A DNA stretch of 63,996 nt, the filler included, from Perkinsus olseni (taxonomy: Eukaryota): NCBI GenBank assembly GCA_013115125.1. It is 3 parts of 3 records of this genome, joined end to end, with 100 filler letters (N's around TTAATTAATTAA, not from the genome) between each part and the next. Parts side by side here need not be neighbours in the genome. Positions count along the whole stretch, not along the records: positions 1 to 22,649 come from JABANN010000534.1; 2 more parts are not named here. One strand, 5' to 3'. The notes under the pieces were generated by a model that worked only from the letters and a program-made list of their open reading frames with translations, was not told where the DNA came from and made no database searches. Below are positions 1 to 11,268 of this stretch, piece after piece. Position 1 is the first letter of the stretch. Every line of letters starts with the position of its first letter. The position numbers and the translations under genes are program-made.

Positions 1-193
1 TTTTAAAATTGCTAAAGTGTTTAAAGTGGATGAAAACTTTTTTAAAACAAACTTCGGTTTTCCAGGCCCTTTTGAATCAAACGAAAAAACATTTTATTTG
101 CTCGGGAAAAGGTGTAGTTCACGCTGCGTTCAGGCTCAAATTTGCACCTTTCGCGATTCTGGCTCTCGGCGTGAAAATCGAGAGAAACGAAGG

Positions 194-473
194 TGGATAA
201 GAAAGCATCTCACCGGTGGGTTCTTACGTCAAGTAATTTTCAATCTTTGGCTACTATAAGCGCTTTCAGGGCGGCACAGTCTCATATCAGCCTACTTCAA
301 GTCGGATATCCCAGGGGAAGCTCTGATCGATGATGACCCCATTGTTCCTCGTACGTCGGGACATCTGATTTGGGAGCTGCGGTGATCGAGTGGATAACTC
401 CTGTTCTTTCCCTGCTCCTTCTCAGTGCCCCTTGGCAAACCGGTCTTCGGGCGCCATGTCATCTTCACCAAAC
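194..473 (+). CDS. Partial multi-exon 5'(3')-deoxyribonucleotidase (NT5C/NT5M-like HAD) C-terminal fragment, possibly a pseudogene
   Basis: Manual splicing across two GT-AG introns gives WIRKHLTGRHSLISAYFKSDIPGEALIDDDPIVPLPLGKPVFGRHVIFTKP, resembling the NT5C pattern W..xH...K..V.gDlLIDD.P...w.HvlFt. Start and end not found. Confidence 0.45.
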
Positions 474-837
474 CGTAATAATAACAACAGCGCAGCATCG
501 TCTATGGTCGGCACTGTTGACTCAACAGCCACTCTGTGAGATGATCGTCAACTCAGGTACAATAAAGGTTTCCGAACTGCCGACCGAATCGACAATTGGT
601 TTGAGTCGCGTATCGAGGCAGAGATGTTCGTGCATAAGTTGTCGCGTGAAAAAGAAGGCCTTCCTGTCGTATACGAGACGTATGAAGAACACTGATCATG
701 TGTTGTCGCAAGCCCAAAAATTTCATGTTCTGGGATATCTTCGTAACAAACCGGAAATTAAGTAAAGTATCTTAAAGAAATGCCTACCAGAGCGTTGAAA
801 CTACAACGTAGAAGAACGTAGCGGTCATTGAGCCTAA

Positions 838-3302
838 GTTCACCTGGTGAACTTCACCAGGTGCTGGGTAGTCTTAAAGATGATGTTACAGTTGGCTGCT
901 GGGAAGCTGTTGTACTGTACAACTTGTACAGAGCGGCTGCAGCGCGTCCAGCTTCAACAGTAGCCAGTTAGGGCTACTATATTACTAGGAAATTCCTAGT
1001 AGGAATAGATGAGAGGCCATCCGACTATGAATAGTCTGCAGTCAGCCGAGGAAACTGTAACGCTGCTCCAACCTCTCCGCCACCCTCTCTTCCAACCTCG
1101 ATTGAACCTTCGGCATAACGATCCCCGCAATGGGTTTTTGGCCACCTCCGATTCTCGAATAGTGGAAGGTCACTTTTTCGATGAGTGTAAATTTTCACCT
1201 AACTCGAAGCCGAGGATGAGGGGAGATTTCCTTGAGGACCTATAGCTGAAGTCGATTCGGCCGCATCAGCCGGGGTTTTTCTCCGGCCTAGAGCAGCTCA
1301 CGTTAGAGTCTAACGTGAGCTGCTCTAGGCCGTTAGACCTGCTAACGGTAAGACGGCAGCGGACGAGCGGGCGCATTTGATGGACCCCAATCATGGGGTC
1401 TCGGCGAGACCGTCTCGCGTGTCACAAGCCGCTAGTAACGAGTCGCCCTCGAGATTTATTTCATTGAGTCCAGCGTGCTCCAAGCGTACTCACATAGCCC
1501 CGGGACGGAATGCAGCGAGTGAGAAACGTAACCGACCGACTAGGCTCACTAGCCTAGTAGACTCAGACTAGCGAGTGAGCCTGGCTCAGACTCAGAGTCT
1601 GCGACTCTAACCGATAGAAGAAATACTCCAGTAGCGACGACCCGGAGTCGCCGACCCGTCATTCGAGTGCACTTCTCAAGTCGGGACTCTCAACTTGAGA
1701 GGTCCGAAGTTTGGACTTCAAGCTTAACTAGAACAAGCATACTCAGTGGCATTGAGTCAGTGCGTCCTACTGTGAGTCCACAATGCGGACCTTATGTCTG
1801 GGAAGTGATTCGATCACGGACTCTGTATCGCTCAGACACTGAGTATAATTGGGCGCAGAGGTAGTTGTCGACTCAATGACGACACTGTTGCTTACACTTT
1901 CTTCGTCCGACTGGACTGAAGAACGCTCTTGGGAAGCGGTCGGCCCCTGTGAACGCGCAGAAGTTGGTACACAAAGCGCAAATGCTACGGCGGAATACAT
2001 AATTGGCAACTCTGCAGTGTTAGGAAATAGCTTTTGAGTGAAAGACTTTTACCCAAAGTTTCACGCCACCAGGCCCTTGAAGCAACACTTGCGACGTCAC
2101 GACCTCAAGTCGCGGACGTGTCAGTGACACGGTGTCACTCGCAGGCTACGAGTCGCAGCTAAAGAATCCCTAGCAGCACTTGAGCAGTAGGGATCACCTC
2201 TTGTAAGAAGACCAGCCGAGTTTCCCTGCCAAGACGCCCAGGACGGCCTGAGGAGAAGTGCGGATGACATACTGCGAAAGGCCAACGTCGTTGACTCAAC
2301 GTAACCTGCGCGCTAGATAGTTCTTGTGGAATTCTTCGGGCCGTAGCAGCAAAAAAAATTTATTGGAAGAGTGCGAACGCTCATGAAGCTGGGTTCCTGA
2401 ATCGGGTGAAGCTTTCACGCCCACCTTGGCCGCACTCCCGAGCTTCCGATACAATGGGAAGAAGCACTGGTCGAGAAGTTTAGTGTACCTACGTGGCCCA
2501 CTACTGCGTCATCCTAGCCGCAGGCTCTAACTCACTCTTGCGAGTTCATCTTCAGTGAAGATTCTTCACTCCTTGACTCTCACTGGAGTCCTGTGACAGG
2601 ACCGACGACCTTGCCTCGAAGGTTCGATAATATCGAAGTCCGATGATGCCAGCCCAAATCATGACGCCACGTCCTCCTTGTTGACGCTTGGACCGACTCG
2701 GACAAGCGGCACCGTCCATAATCCACCTATTCTTATTAGAGAATAAGATGATTACACAGGGTCCTACACATGGCCTTATAGGGCCCTCAGGAGCCTGTAA
2801 TCAACCATGCGGGCCTGTCAGGACGGGGTCCTGACAACTGTTGCTACTGTCCAACGTCCAACGTGCAACGTTGCTTTGAGCAACTTGCTTACAACATTTG
2901 TAGCGACTAGTTTCCGAATGGAAAGGTCATCGGGAATCTGAAAGGTTATATTCTGCCAGCCTCTGGTGGCCAACTTGTTCTCTTCAGAGTAGTCCTTTAT
3001 CCCTTTGCAGCTGCGGATCGAGGCCTTCAACTCTCTTTCGTACTCAGGTGAATGGTACAGGTCACAGTGTAGCGGTGGACGCTCCACAGAGAACTCTGAG
3101 AATGCATGATGATTTCCACAACTACGAACTTTAAGTGCGGGGCCTCACTCTGAGTTGTGATATCTGAGAACATGTGGTGCGCGTCGAGTTCGGCGTCGGT
3201 TCCGTGCATCTCAAGTTGAGATTCTCAACTGTACCATCCGTTCGAGGTAGATCTCTCGAATAGGGATCGGTCGGCGGTATCTTCGAAATTCGAAGTTCGA
3301 AT
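838..3302. mobile_element. Cluster of hAT-type transposon excision footprints (no element remaining)
   Basis: Exact 22-nt scars A-X-h'-rc(X)-a'-X-H at 838-859, 909-930, 985-1006, 2117-2138, 2548-2569, 3208-3229 and 3281-3302, plus a 24-bp-arm palindrome at 1284-1332. Confidence 0.75.
1284..1332. repeat. Perfect palindrome, 24-bp arms, 1-nt centre
   Basis: cggcctagagcagctcacgttaga G tctaacgtgagctgctctaggccg; cgttaga is repeated immediately after (1331-1337). Confidence 0.95.
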
Positions 3303-4167
3303 ACCATGGAGAGTGTTGTCATCCAGCCTGGATGACATTGTCATCATGATTCAGGCTGGGTGTTGCGTTAGTTCAATCATTCAGCTTGGAGTCAAGGATA
3401 CTACCCACGGTGGTACGTTGGTGCGCCAATTATCCGAGTTAGCTCAAGTCATGGTGGTCGACGCCACGCACAAACTACCCCAAGGGTTTATGAGCATGCT
3501 GTGAGGCCCGCACACGCCAGATCTTCTAACCGATTTCGCAAATCCTCTCTATCCTTGAAAGCAGTAGTCGACCTGATCGAAGAAGGTTTCGCGTGCTGCC
3601 TCGCCTGCTGCCTCGCCAGGGTGGCCATTTTGGAAAAGATATAAAACGTGACCTAGATTCATCCAAATACAAAGATGAAGCCTCTCCCCAATATCATATG
3701 TGTTCCATGGGGCAAGGCGCCTGCCTGTCGTTACATGAGTCACTAGCAGTAACGCCCTACAGTGACTCACTACAGTTGAGGTAGTGAGTGTGAGGACTGA
3801 ACTGTGACTACTGATAACTTCCGAATATATGATTTGTTTGTAGACAAACGTTAGATCCAGGTGATAGTCCTCACGAGAACTATATCATATATGTAATAGC
3901 AGGAGTTACTCCTGCTATATAGTATATAGATACTCCTGAGGAGTACGAAGTGATAATGCTTTAGTCACATCGTACTTGAACAAGAGATTTCCCTACAAAT
4001 AGCTTCACTTCCATAACACAACCGAGTACTTAGTGAGATACTTCATTCCAATCATGGAAGTTACTGAGCTTCATCTCAGAATCAACAAACATGTCGATCA
4101 TCTATGATAGCTTTACAAAAGTCATAACCACTCGGCAACACGCAGCTCTGTCTTATACAGTGCTACC

Positions 4168-5565
4168 TCAGGGGAGGATGGGGGTTACCGTAGTGTCACC
4201 AGCGGGTGGGCTGGTAACCACAGCAGATTCAGTAGTAGACTCCATCATAGGGCCTTCAGTAGTAGTAGACTCCATCATAGGGCCTTCAGTAGTAGTAGAC
4301 TCCATCATAGGTCCTTCAGTAGTAGTAGACTCCATCATAGGGCCTTCAGTAGTAGTAGACTCCATCATAGGGCCTTCAGTAGTAGTAGGCTGGATAGGTC
4401 CTTCCGTCTTAGGCGTATCCGGTTTAGTGGTATCACTGTGAGGGTACGGCGTAGTAGCGGTGAGGACGGAGTGATCGAAGCTGAGCTCAATCGTCGAATC
4501 ATCAACCCGGTAGGTGTCGTCGACGGTGTACATCGGGCCGTAGTCGCCGAAGACGCAAAAGCCGCCGCAGCCTCTCTCGATCTTTGCCGTAGTGGACTGC
4601 ATACCGCGTTGAACTCCCCTCCATTGAAGGATGAATGGAAGGCCGTGGGCGAGAGGCTTCACACGGTATCCCCGCATATAACCGGAATGCTTCCTCATGG
4701 CGAGGAGGACATCCCCTGAAGTTACCCTCACGGGATCTCTTCTCTCGGGGTGATCGGCGTAGTACCAAGTCTTGTACTTTCCGTCGAAGACAACACAGTG
4801 GAGCCTCTCATCGCCGAACTGATGCATCAAATACCACGCGCCATCGCCACCAGCGGACCCGAAGCACGGAACAGCTGTCTGACCCCACGGAAGATAAATG
4901 TTAGCCCGGGCCTTTGCCGTCAAAGTGACGTGACGATAATCCTCGTCGTGGCCATGATCGTATTGCTCCGGCCTTGGCGTGGTTGTCGTTGCCTCGTCCA
5001 TCGAGTGATTCCCACCGGCCATGTATGGTTCTACTGGAAGGGGACGGAAATAGTAGGCGCTGATGTAAACATTGCCGACACCGTTAAACATCTTCACCGT
5101 CGGGTTGTACCCGAACCAGTGGCCGAAGGAGCCTCCGTGGACATCAACACTGAGGTAACGGAAATCGTCTTTATTGACGTTGTATTCCTTCGTCTTGGCG
5201 TAAACTGTCACGTCGGTAGCAACGCTGCCGTACTCGTCCAAGTTGAAGTCACTGGAGTAAATACCAAATTTGGCAGTCTTGCGGGTATCGAAGAAGTCAC
5301 CCAGCATAATGTCAGTTATATCGCCGACGTCACCCAGGGCCCCCGACATTAAATCCGTGACCTCATGATGGACGCCGCCCATACCCTGATGGTATAGATG
5401 ATACAACATCTGCAGAGGGTTCAACAGATCGTGGCCGTGGTAATCATCGTCGCCGGTGGGAGGTTGAGGCATCTTCGTGGGCAGGATGGACTCTACGGAG
5501 GTGTTATGGTCCTCAGCAGCGGCCTGCCACAGACCAACGTAGAGAAGAGTAGAACGGAACATCAT
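4168..5565 (-). CDS. Intronless secreted protein of unknown function with C-terminal Thr-rich mucin-like repeats (465 aa)
   Basis: Long ORF with signal-peptide-like start MMFRSTLLYVGLWQAAA, an aromatic/Gly-rich core and a (TTTEGPMMES)x5 tail; no C-terminal TM. Confidence 0.8.
   Translation of the reverse strand: MMFRSTLLYVGLWQAAAEDHNTSVESILPTKMPQPPTGDDDYHGHDLLNPLQMLYHLYHQGMGGVHHEVTDLMSGALGDVGDITDIMLGDFFDTRKTAKFGIYSSDFNLDEYGSVATDVTVYAKTKEYNVNKDDFRYLSVDVHGGSFGHWFGYNPTVKMFNGVGNVYISAYYFRPLPVEPYMAGGNHSMDEATTTTPRPEQYDHGHDEDYRHVTLTAKARANIYLPWGQTAVPCFGSAGGDGAWYLMHQFGDERLHCVVFDGKYKTWYYADHPERRDPVRVTSGDVLLAMRKHSGYMRGYRVKPLAHGLPFILQWRGVQRGMQSTTAKIERGCGGFCVFGDYGPMYTVDDTYRVDDSTIELSFDHSVLTATTPYPHSDTTKPDTPKTEGPIQPTTTEGPMMESTTTEGPMMESTTTEGPMMESTTTEGPMMESTTTEGPMMESTTESAVVTSPPAGDTTVTPILP
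4228..4387. repeat. 30-bp coding tandem repeat, about 5 copies
   Basis: Unit ttcagtagtagtagactccatcatagggcc, near-identical copies. Confidence 0.95.
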
Positions 5566-5792
5566 GTGAAATATCTAAAAGCCACAAAGATTATGCACTT
5601 AAGTCGCAGAAATACAGTATGCCCTTCGCACAGAGTACGATTAGCGAGCCTCAGCCCATGAGGAAGCTGACTACAAATACTTGGGAGCAATCTTCAAGCT
5701 CTTTATTCCGGCGGTTTCGGATACTCGTATACTCGCTCGCCCCTTCAGCTTCGCACTCCCGCGAAACGCACGGTGGCCAGTCAGCCCTTCTC

Positions 5793-6424
5793 GGGCCTAT
5801 TTCAAAAGTCTCTTTAAAGAGGACTTCTTAAAGTTCTTCAGCGTGAAACGGTTGGATTTTTGTTAATCCGAGTTCAAAAGGCCGCCTTAATAACCTGAAG
5901 AAGGCTTCCTTTATCCATCTGCTTCCTACGGGCTAAGAAGCACTCCTTTAAGAACGCTTCATGAGGCAAAAATCACCCGATAAACCTCTCAAGAAGCTCA
6001 AGAAGCTTTAACTTGTTTCAAAAGGCGGTTTTTCTCGAGCCTTGCAGCTTAAGAAGCTTAACCTCCTCGAGAGGAGGTTATGGGGGGGATTTTTCGCTTC
6101 GCTACGCTCCCGACTTAGCGATAATTCCACAGTCACTTAAACTTGCTTCCTCCTTCGACCTTAAACCTTCTTTCCCAGTTCAAAGAAGTTCAACGCCTCC
6201 ATAAATTCACGCGGTTTCCAACGCGGGTTCGATTCCCAGCCAGGACACCCATTTTTTGATGAATTTTATGGCTTTAGAAGCTCAATAAGGCTTATTAAGG
6301 TATAAGGAGTCAGCCTTAAAGATGGAAAATCTCTTGAAACAGGCTGTGCTTCTTGAACAATTTCTTATAAGAGGTTCTTATACCTCAAGAAGTGCTTCTT
6401 TAGCGAGACTTTTGAAATAGGCCC
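5793..6424. mobile_element. Non-autonomous MITE, PIF/Harbinger (Tourist)-like
   Basis: Perfect 20-bp TIRs gggcctatttcaaaagtctc (5793-5812) / gagacttttgaaataggccc (6405-6424), extending imperfectly to ~37 bp. 3-bp TSD ctc at 5790-5792 and 6425-6427. AT-rich non-coding interior with aagaagct-type repeats. Confidence 0.85.
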
Positions 6425-6552
6425 CTCAGGTCGGAGCGAGCTGCATGTGGCCAGTGCGGCGCGAGCGGCTTGGCGACCGCCACGCTGGTGTTGGAAACTC
6501 CAAGCATGGTGGTCGCAGAGGCCATATTGGTGACTGATGCCATCAGTACCTC

Positions 6553-7030
6553 ATTTGATCTGTACAAGAGCATCGACTTGTGTCACATACACAAGTTGTG
6601 TGGTGTGGTAGATAAGTCTGTGGATGGGATACGTTTACGGAATAGGCGTGACGGTGCTCACGATGTACGATTGGAAAAACCCTCAAGGCCTGCCGACCGA
6701 CAAGTTCGCTCTCGGGGTGAGCTTACTAACTGTACCTCTCAAGTAAGGTTGGGCCACCGTTCGCAGGTACCCTTGTATGGCACGAACGCAGCTGGTGTGC
6801 AAATAACGTATTTTAAGCTTATTGACATGGGCGCTGACCCCAAGGGGAACGGATCTTTCGCGGGATACTCCTACGACTCTCAGCCGATGCTGCAAGAACA
6901 GGTCGACTTAGCCATCAACCAGAGCTTAGGCGGTCTCATGTGCTGGCACCTGGGGTCGGATCTTCCGCCCGAGGACACGCGTTCCCTCACCTACGCTATC
7001 AAGCAAAAGCTGAAACCCGGGCCTCGACGA
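6553..7030 (+). pseudogene. GH18 chitinase C-terminal remnant (or partial intron-containing gene)
   Basis: Motifs SIDLCH, VPLYG and YSYDSQPMLQEQVDLAINQSLGGLMCWHLGSD match the GH18 C-terminal pattern (YD....K....LGG.M.W.l..D). No DxDxE catalytic motif or N-terminus found upstream. Confidence 0.65.
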
Positions 7031-7264
7031 GACCCTCATCGCGAGGGAACTGCTCAAGGAGAGTACTCTTTACGTCATATCACACTTTTGTTCCGATTCT
7101 GTGAGTCTTGAAAGTAGTTTGTTGAATCGCTTATAGTCATATCAAGGCATCACCAACGTATTTCAACTGAAGTATTTGTTGTTAGGAACAGTCAACCTTA
7201 CTATTAGTATATGACAGAGCTGAGGCCTGAGAATGGTATTCTTAGTGCTGTCTTCCTTTGTCTT

Positions 7265-7342
7265 GCCGTTAGCTATGCGGTATACACAGTAGTAACTTAC
7301 TACTGTGTATACCGCATAGCTAACGGCTTACTACTAGTAAGC
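7265..7342. repeat. Perfect 31-bp-arm palindrome fused to an 8-bp-arm palindrome (two-sided hairpin footprint)
   Basis: gccgttagctatgcggtatacacagtagtaa C ttactactgtgtataccgcatagctaacggc (7265-7327) overlaps gcttacta C tagtaagc (7326-7342). Implied 8-bp target gtagtaag. Confidence 0.9.
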
Positions 7343-9852
7343 ATAAGTTAAGGTTTCCTGTGACACTGTTTGTCTTTGTGTTACGATCAGTGCCGGTGCT
7401 CTACATCTTGGTCACCAGAACTACGAAATGCATTATAACACTGAAAGAAAAAGTAAGCTATCTTCGCAATTCCATATTTTACCAAGCAGTAGATTACCAA
7501 TGGTGGTGTTTTCCAATATGGACTAAGTTGAGGCTGTGGCGAAGAGTGCCGTGGCCTGTATCACGTTCCTCGGTGATATCCCTCTCAGTGGATCGGTGAT
7601 CGATTGAGACGTTCCTTAATACACCGAGCAGTACACGGTACAGTTAGCCTCGTCTTCGTACTCAAAGGGCTCCGGCTTGAACTCTTCAGCTCAAAGAAGT
7701 TGTTCTCTTCGATCGTGGGGTACACTCCCTCGACCCGGCAGCCAGGTCCATAGCTAATGGCGCGGCTGGTCTAGTCGGTCGTCGTCCCAACTCTTAGCAC
7801 GTACTGTAGTCACCCCTCTTGAAGCCGCTTCCGGCTACGTTGACTAATCTGAGCTCTAGAGTCACCACCTGACAATACCCGACACGGACCCTACAATACG
7901 TTTCATGCAGCCATAGCTGTCTAGCGATATTCGTGCGCATCGTAGCGGTCAGGTGGTTGACTTCGTCAACTTAACGAAGTCGACATGGGACATTATGCAG
8001 TTAGAAGTCATCTCATGCGATCAATTGGTCCATAATAGTATCTTCGAACGTCACAGGAAAGTGCGACGACAGCCGCGCTCGGCGGAGCGGGATGGATCGC
8101 AATGGTATGGCTCGCGAACAGGAACCTCTAGTTTCAGCTCGGCAGCATTCGGGGACACCTAGTTCTGGTGACACGGAGAGGCATACGTGCTGCTGCTGCT
8201 GCTGAAACAGAGTGTACTACGCCCAGTGTAGTGTTCTGTTCGCCGTCCTCCCATGCTTCAGCCTCTTCGTATCCTGTCCCACTTTTCCTGAAAACATCGG
8301 TATTACTCGGCCACATCGATGCACATTCCGAAGCACCAAAACGTGACCGCTGGTGACGTGATGCCTCCTCAAGTCACCCTTCGAGGGACACTCCACTTCC
8401 AGATGACAATGCATGGATACCTGCCACTGGTAGGCTACGAGCATGAACCACTTGGAGCGGGTCTCCCTCTCCGCCCTTGGTCTCAACCAAGTGTCGAGGA
8501 ACAACACCGATCGGTACAGGCCGTCCACGCGTAGAAAAAGCAGTGATAGTGTGAAGTGTGACGTCACTGTCGAGTCGTCTGCTCTTCCATAGTGTCAGTC
8601 GCATATTTCTAGTACACATGATGGCGATACCTGGGTATAACTCTCTGGGTGCCACGAGCGTCTATAGATGAATCACTATGGCAACCCCTCATCATCATCG
8701 TAGGCACATACTACATTCTTTTCGCGGCCGAGTCCGGAGAAACTGCGAGACAGCTTTCACGTACAAATAGCCGAACGATCGATTCCTGTTTCGCTCAGCT
8801 AACAGCTGAATTGGCTGTTGAGCTTAATCAGCGCCGGAGTCTTCGTCTCGTCGCTCTGATGGCACACTATGCCTCGAAGTGGCCGTGCAGTCCAGCTCAC
8901 GGTGATGAAGTATACTGGTTAATTCGCCCACTGTCATGCATCCTCTGAGAAGGATCTTTGATACTAGTTAGTATCGATCAGCCGAGTTTCGTATACACAT
9001 GTCTCTCACCTCTCTTATTTGCGCAGCTCTCATCGGCAGTGTTACCGGCCAAGGCACGGTCGTGGGTATCAAACAGGAGAGAATACCATTTCAAAACGGA
9101 AGGACTGGAGCTACCTTCAGTTCCCCGATAGGTAAGTAATTGAGTGCTAATCATTTTGTTGACGTTCGGCTCCTGTTTCTAGGTACTCTGACGCACATTC
9201 AGACGCTCCAACTCAGACGCTCGGATCAAGACGTGTTTGACCGAGACGGGCTTCGCTTCGCTTCGATTGCCGTGGCTGACGATGGTTCAGAACTGCTCGC
9301 CGTCTCCAGTGACCAGAGAGGGTGAGTCCCAGCGGATGTCCTCGCTCGGAGAGGCTTGTGTGCCTGTGCGCTGCTCGTTATCAGAGGTTTCGTTACCCTG
9401 GCCATGCGACCGACTGCTGGCGATCAATATGATATAACTACCGCAAGAGCATATCCGCTGGTTGATCCTGATGGAAACCGCGTGAATGTGTCCTCCACGA
9501 TAAGTGAGCTACTCTCGACGTGGGCCTCTTCATCACGATAGAGCGGTTTTTCAGCTATATCGGTATACGATTGTTCGCGCGTTCCTGGCGATAAGCTGGG
9601 ACGCCGAACTCTCAGGGCATATTCAGTACGAGAGCTCGTGCCTTGGCCTCGCTTCCTCTCTACCGTTCCGACCAAGCGTTGGGTGACCCAACTTGGGTCA
9701 CCCTGCGGTCACCCGGGGCTGCTTCTGGCGGACCTGCCGAATGTGCAGCTGACCCGCGAAGGTAGCTTACCCCGCCGGACATCGATGCACATCGCTCGGG
9801 GGAATTTAATCCGCTGAGAATTTCGCATTGGTCGCGGACTCTTTTGAGTTAG

Positions 9853-11268
9853 ATGGCGGGGCTACTCCGACGTCTCTCATATTGTACTCGAGCGTACTAG
9901 TAGTACGGTACTATCTCAGGCATGGCGGTCAACGGTAGATATCGTCCCGGAGGCCGAGGAGATTTCACTGTCGCTTACCTGGCGAACCCCGTCTTTCCTC
10001 AGACTCTTGACGTTCGCAGGTGAGAGAAGAAGAGTATTGGGACAATTTATTGGATATATGATGTCAATTTTCTTCTTCCGGAATATATTCTATTTCGGCT
10101 CCAGCAAGGTGGTTCTCCTCTCATACCGCTGCATGATGGTCATTAGGTTCCGCAGAGGCGTCAGGACGAGAAGGAGCACTGCAGTGGACGTCACTGAGCT
10201 CAACCAGTGGTGTGGCTTTTATCTCGCGCCTCAGGCGACGATAGCTCACCTGGGTACTCTGAGAATGCAACTTGGAATTGTCTGTATCTATGCTTTCAGG
10301 GCCGTGTGGAGACTTGCTCGCAATCTGCCAGTGGTTCCCTGATGAGACCCCTGGCCCCAACCCAAGACGGGCTGCTGTACCGGTATGGGTATATACTGGA
10401 AATACTTTCTATACATTTTTTATTGAGGTAAAATGAACATTAACCTCATATGGAAAACTTCTTTCATTGCCGATCATCATCGCCCAAAGTTTTGGCATCC
10501 TTTTCCTCCGCAACCTAGAAATCATCTCAGTCCACAGCATTTGGTATGTTCTCAGAATGGCACTTACCAATTACCCTACGCGGTTCGACCCTGTCGTTTT
10601 CAGGCTACCTTTGCTTACAATCCTACCGGTGTGGCGGAGCTCAGCAATGGTGACATAATAATAGCCTCCGTTGTGTATAGTAACCCCACGAAACTAAGAA
10701 TCAGTTATATAACGTCTGATCAGCTGAATAAGGATATTGATGATAGGTTTAGAAGGATAAGCCCGCTGGTTATAGCCGATATAGATCAGGCTGATGGGTA
10801 AGGCCGGTGAGATCTGCTCATCTCGCGTATTTTGCTGGTCTTGCTGATTGATGGTATGTTGGTAGATTCGAAATTGGTGTCCAATCTGGGTTGGCTGTGC
10901 GAGAAGACCCTAGAAGTGGACGGATATTCGTCTACAGCATGAGTGACGACTCGTTTGTAAGGAGGGTCAACGATGATCTCTTGTCGAACACTCACAACTT
11001 GTACTTCCTACTTCTCAGACACCAGGGAGAACCTTGCTCACCACCTTTGAGTGGGAGCCTATTAGGAATCCACGATCGTAGGTATTCCCTACGCGACGTC
11101 GTCCACGCCGATGGCCTCCTCGGCGTGGCGTCTCGGTCTGATAGCTCCGAGCTGAAGTTGCCCGTAACAGCTATCCTTCGACCAATGGATGGGCTAGTAT
11201 TATGGGTTTTTGTATTATCTTCAGCACATTTCATTTCTACTCACTTTTCATCATCACAGCCGCTCTGA
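9853..11268 (+). pseudogene. Multi-exon 'esterase-like activity of phytase' (phytase-like beta-propeller) family gene, probably degraded
   Basis: Segments YNPTGVAELSNGDIII and NLGLAVREDPRSGRIFVYSMSDDSF resemble the family motifs PTD.A.L..GD.lv and NmEGlAV....G...l.l.SDDNF. GT-AG introns visible. A footprint lies at 9893-9914. Boundaries approximate. Confidence 0.4.

Noticed and set aside
4228-4387. CRISPR-like periodic repeat
   Set aside because: No spacers; it is an in-frame coding tandem repeat in a eukaryotic gene.
6200-6257. Complete tRNA gene (also the intronic T-arms)
   Set aside because: No matching 5' acceptor strand or foldable D and anticodon arms; reported only as tRNA-like fragments.
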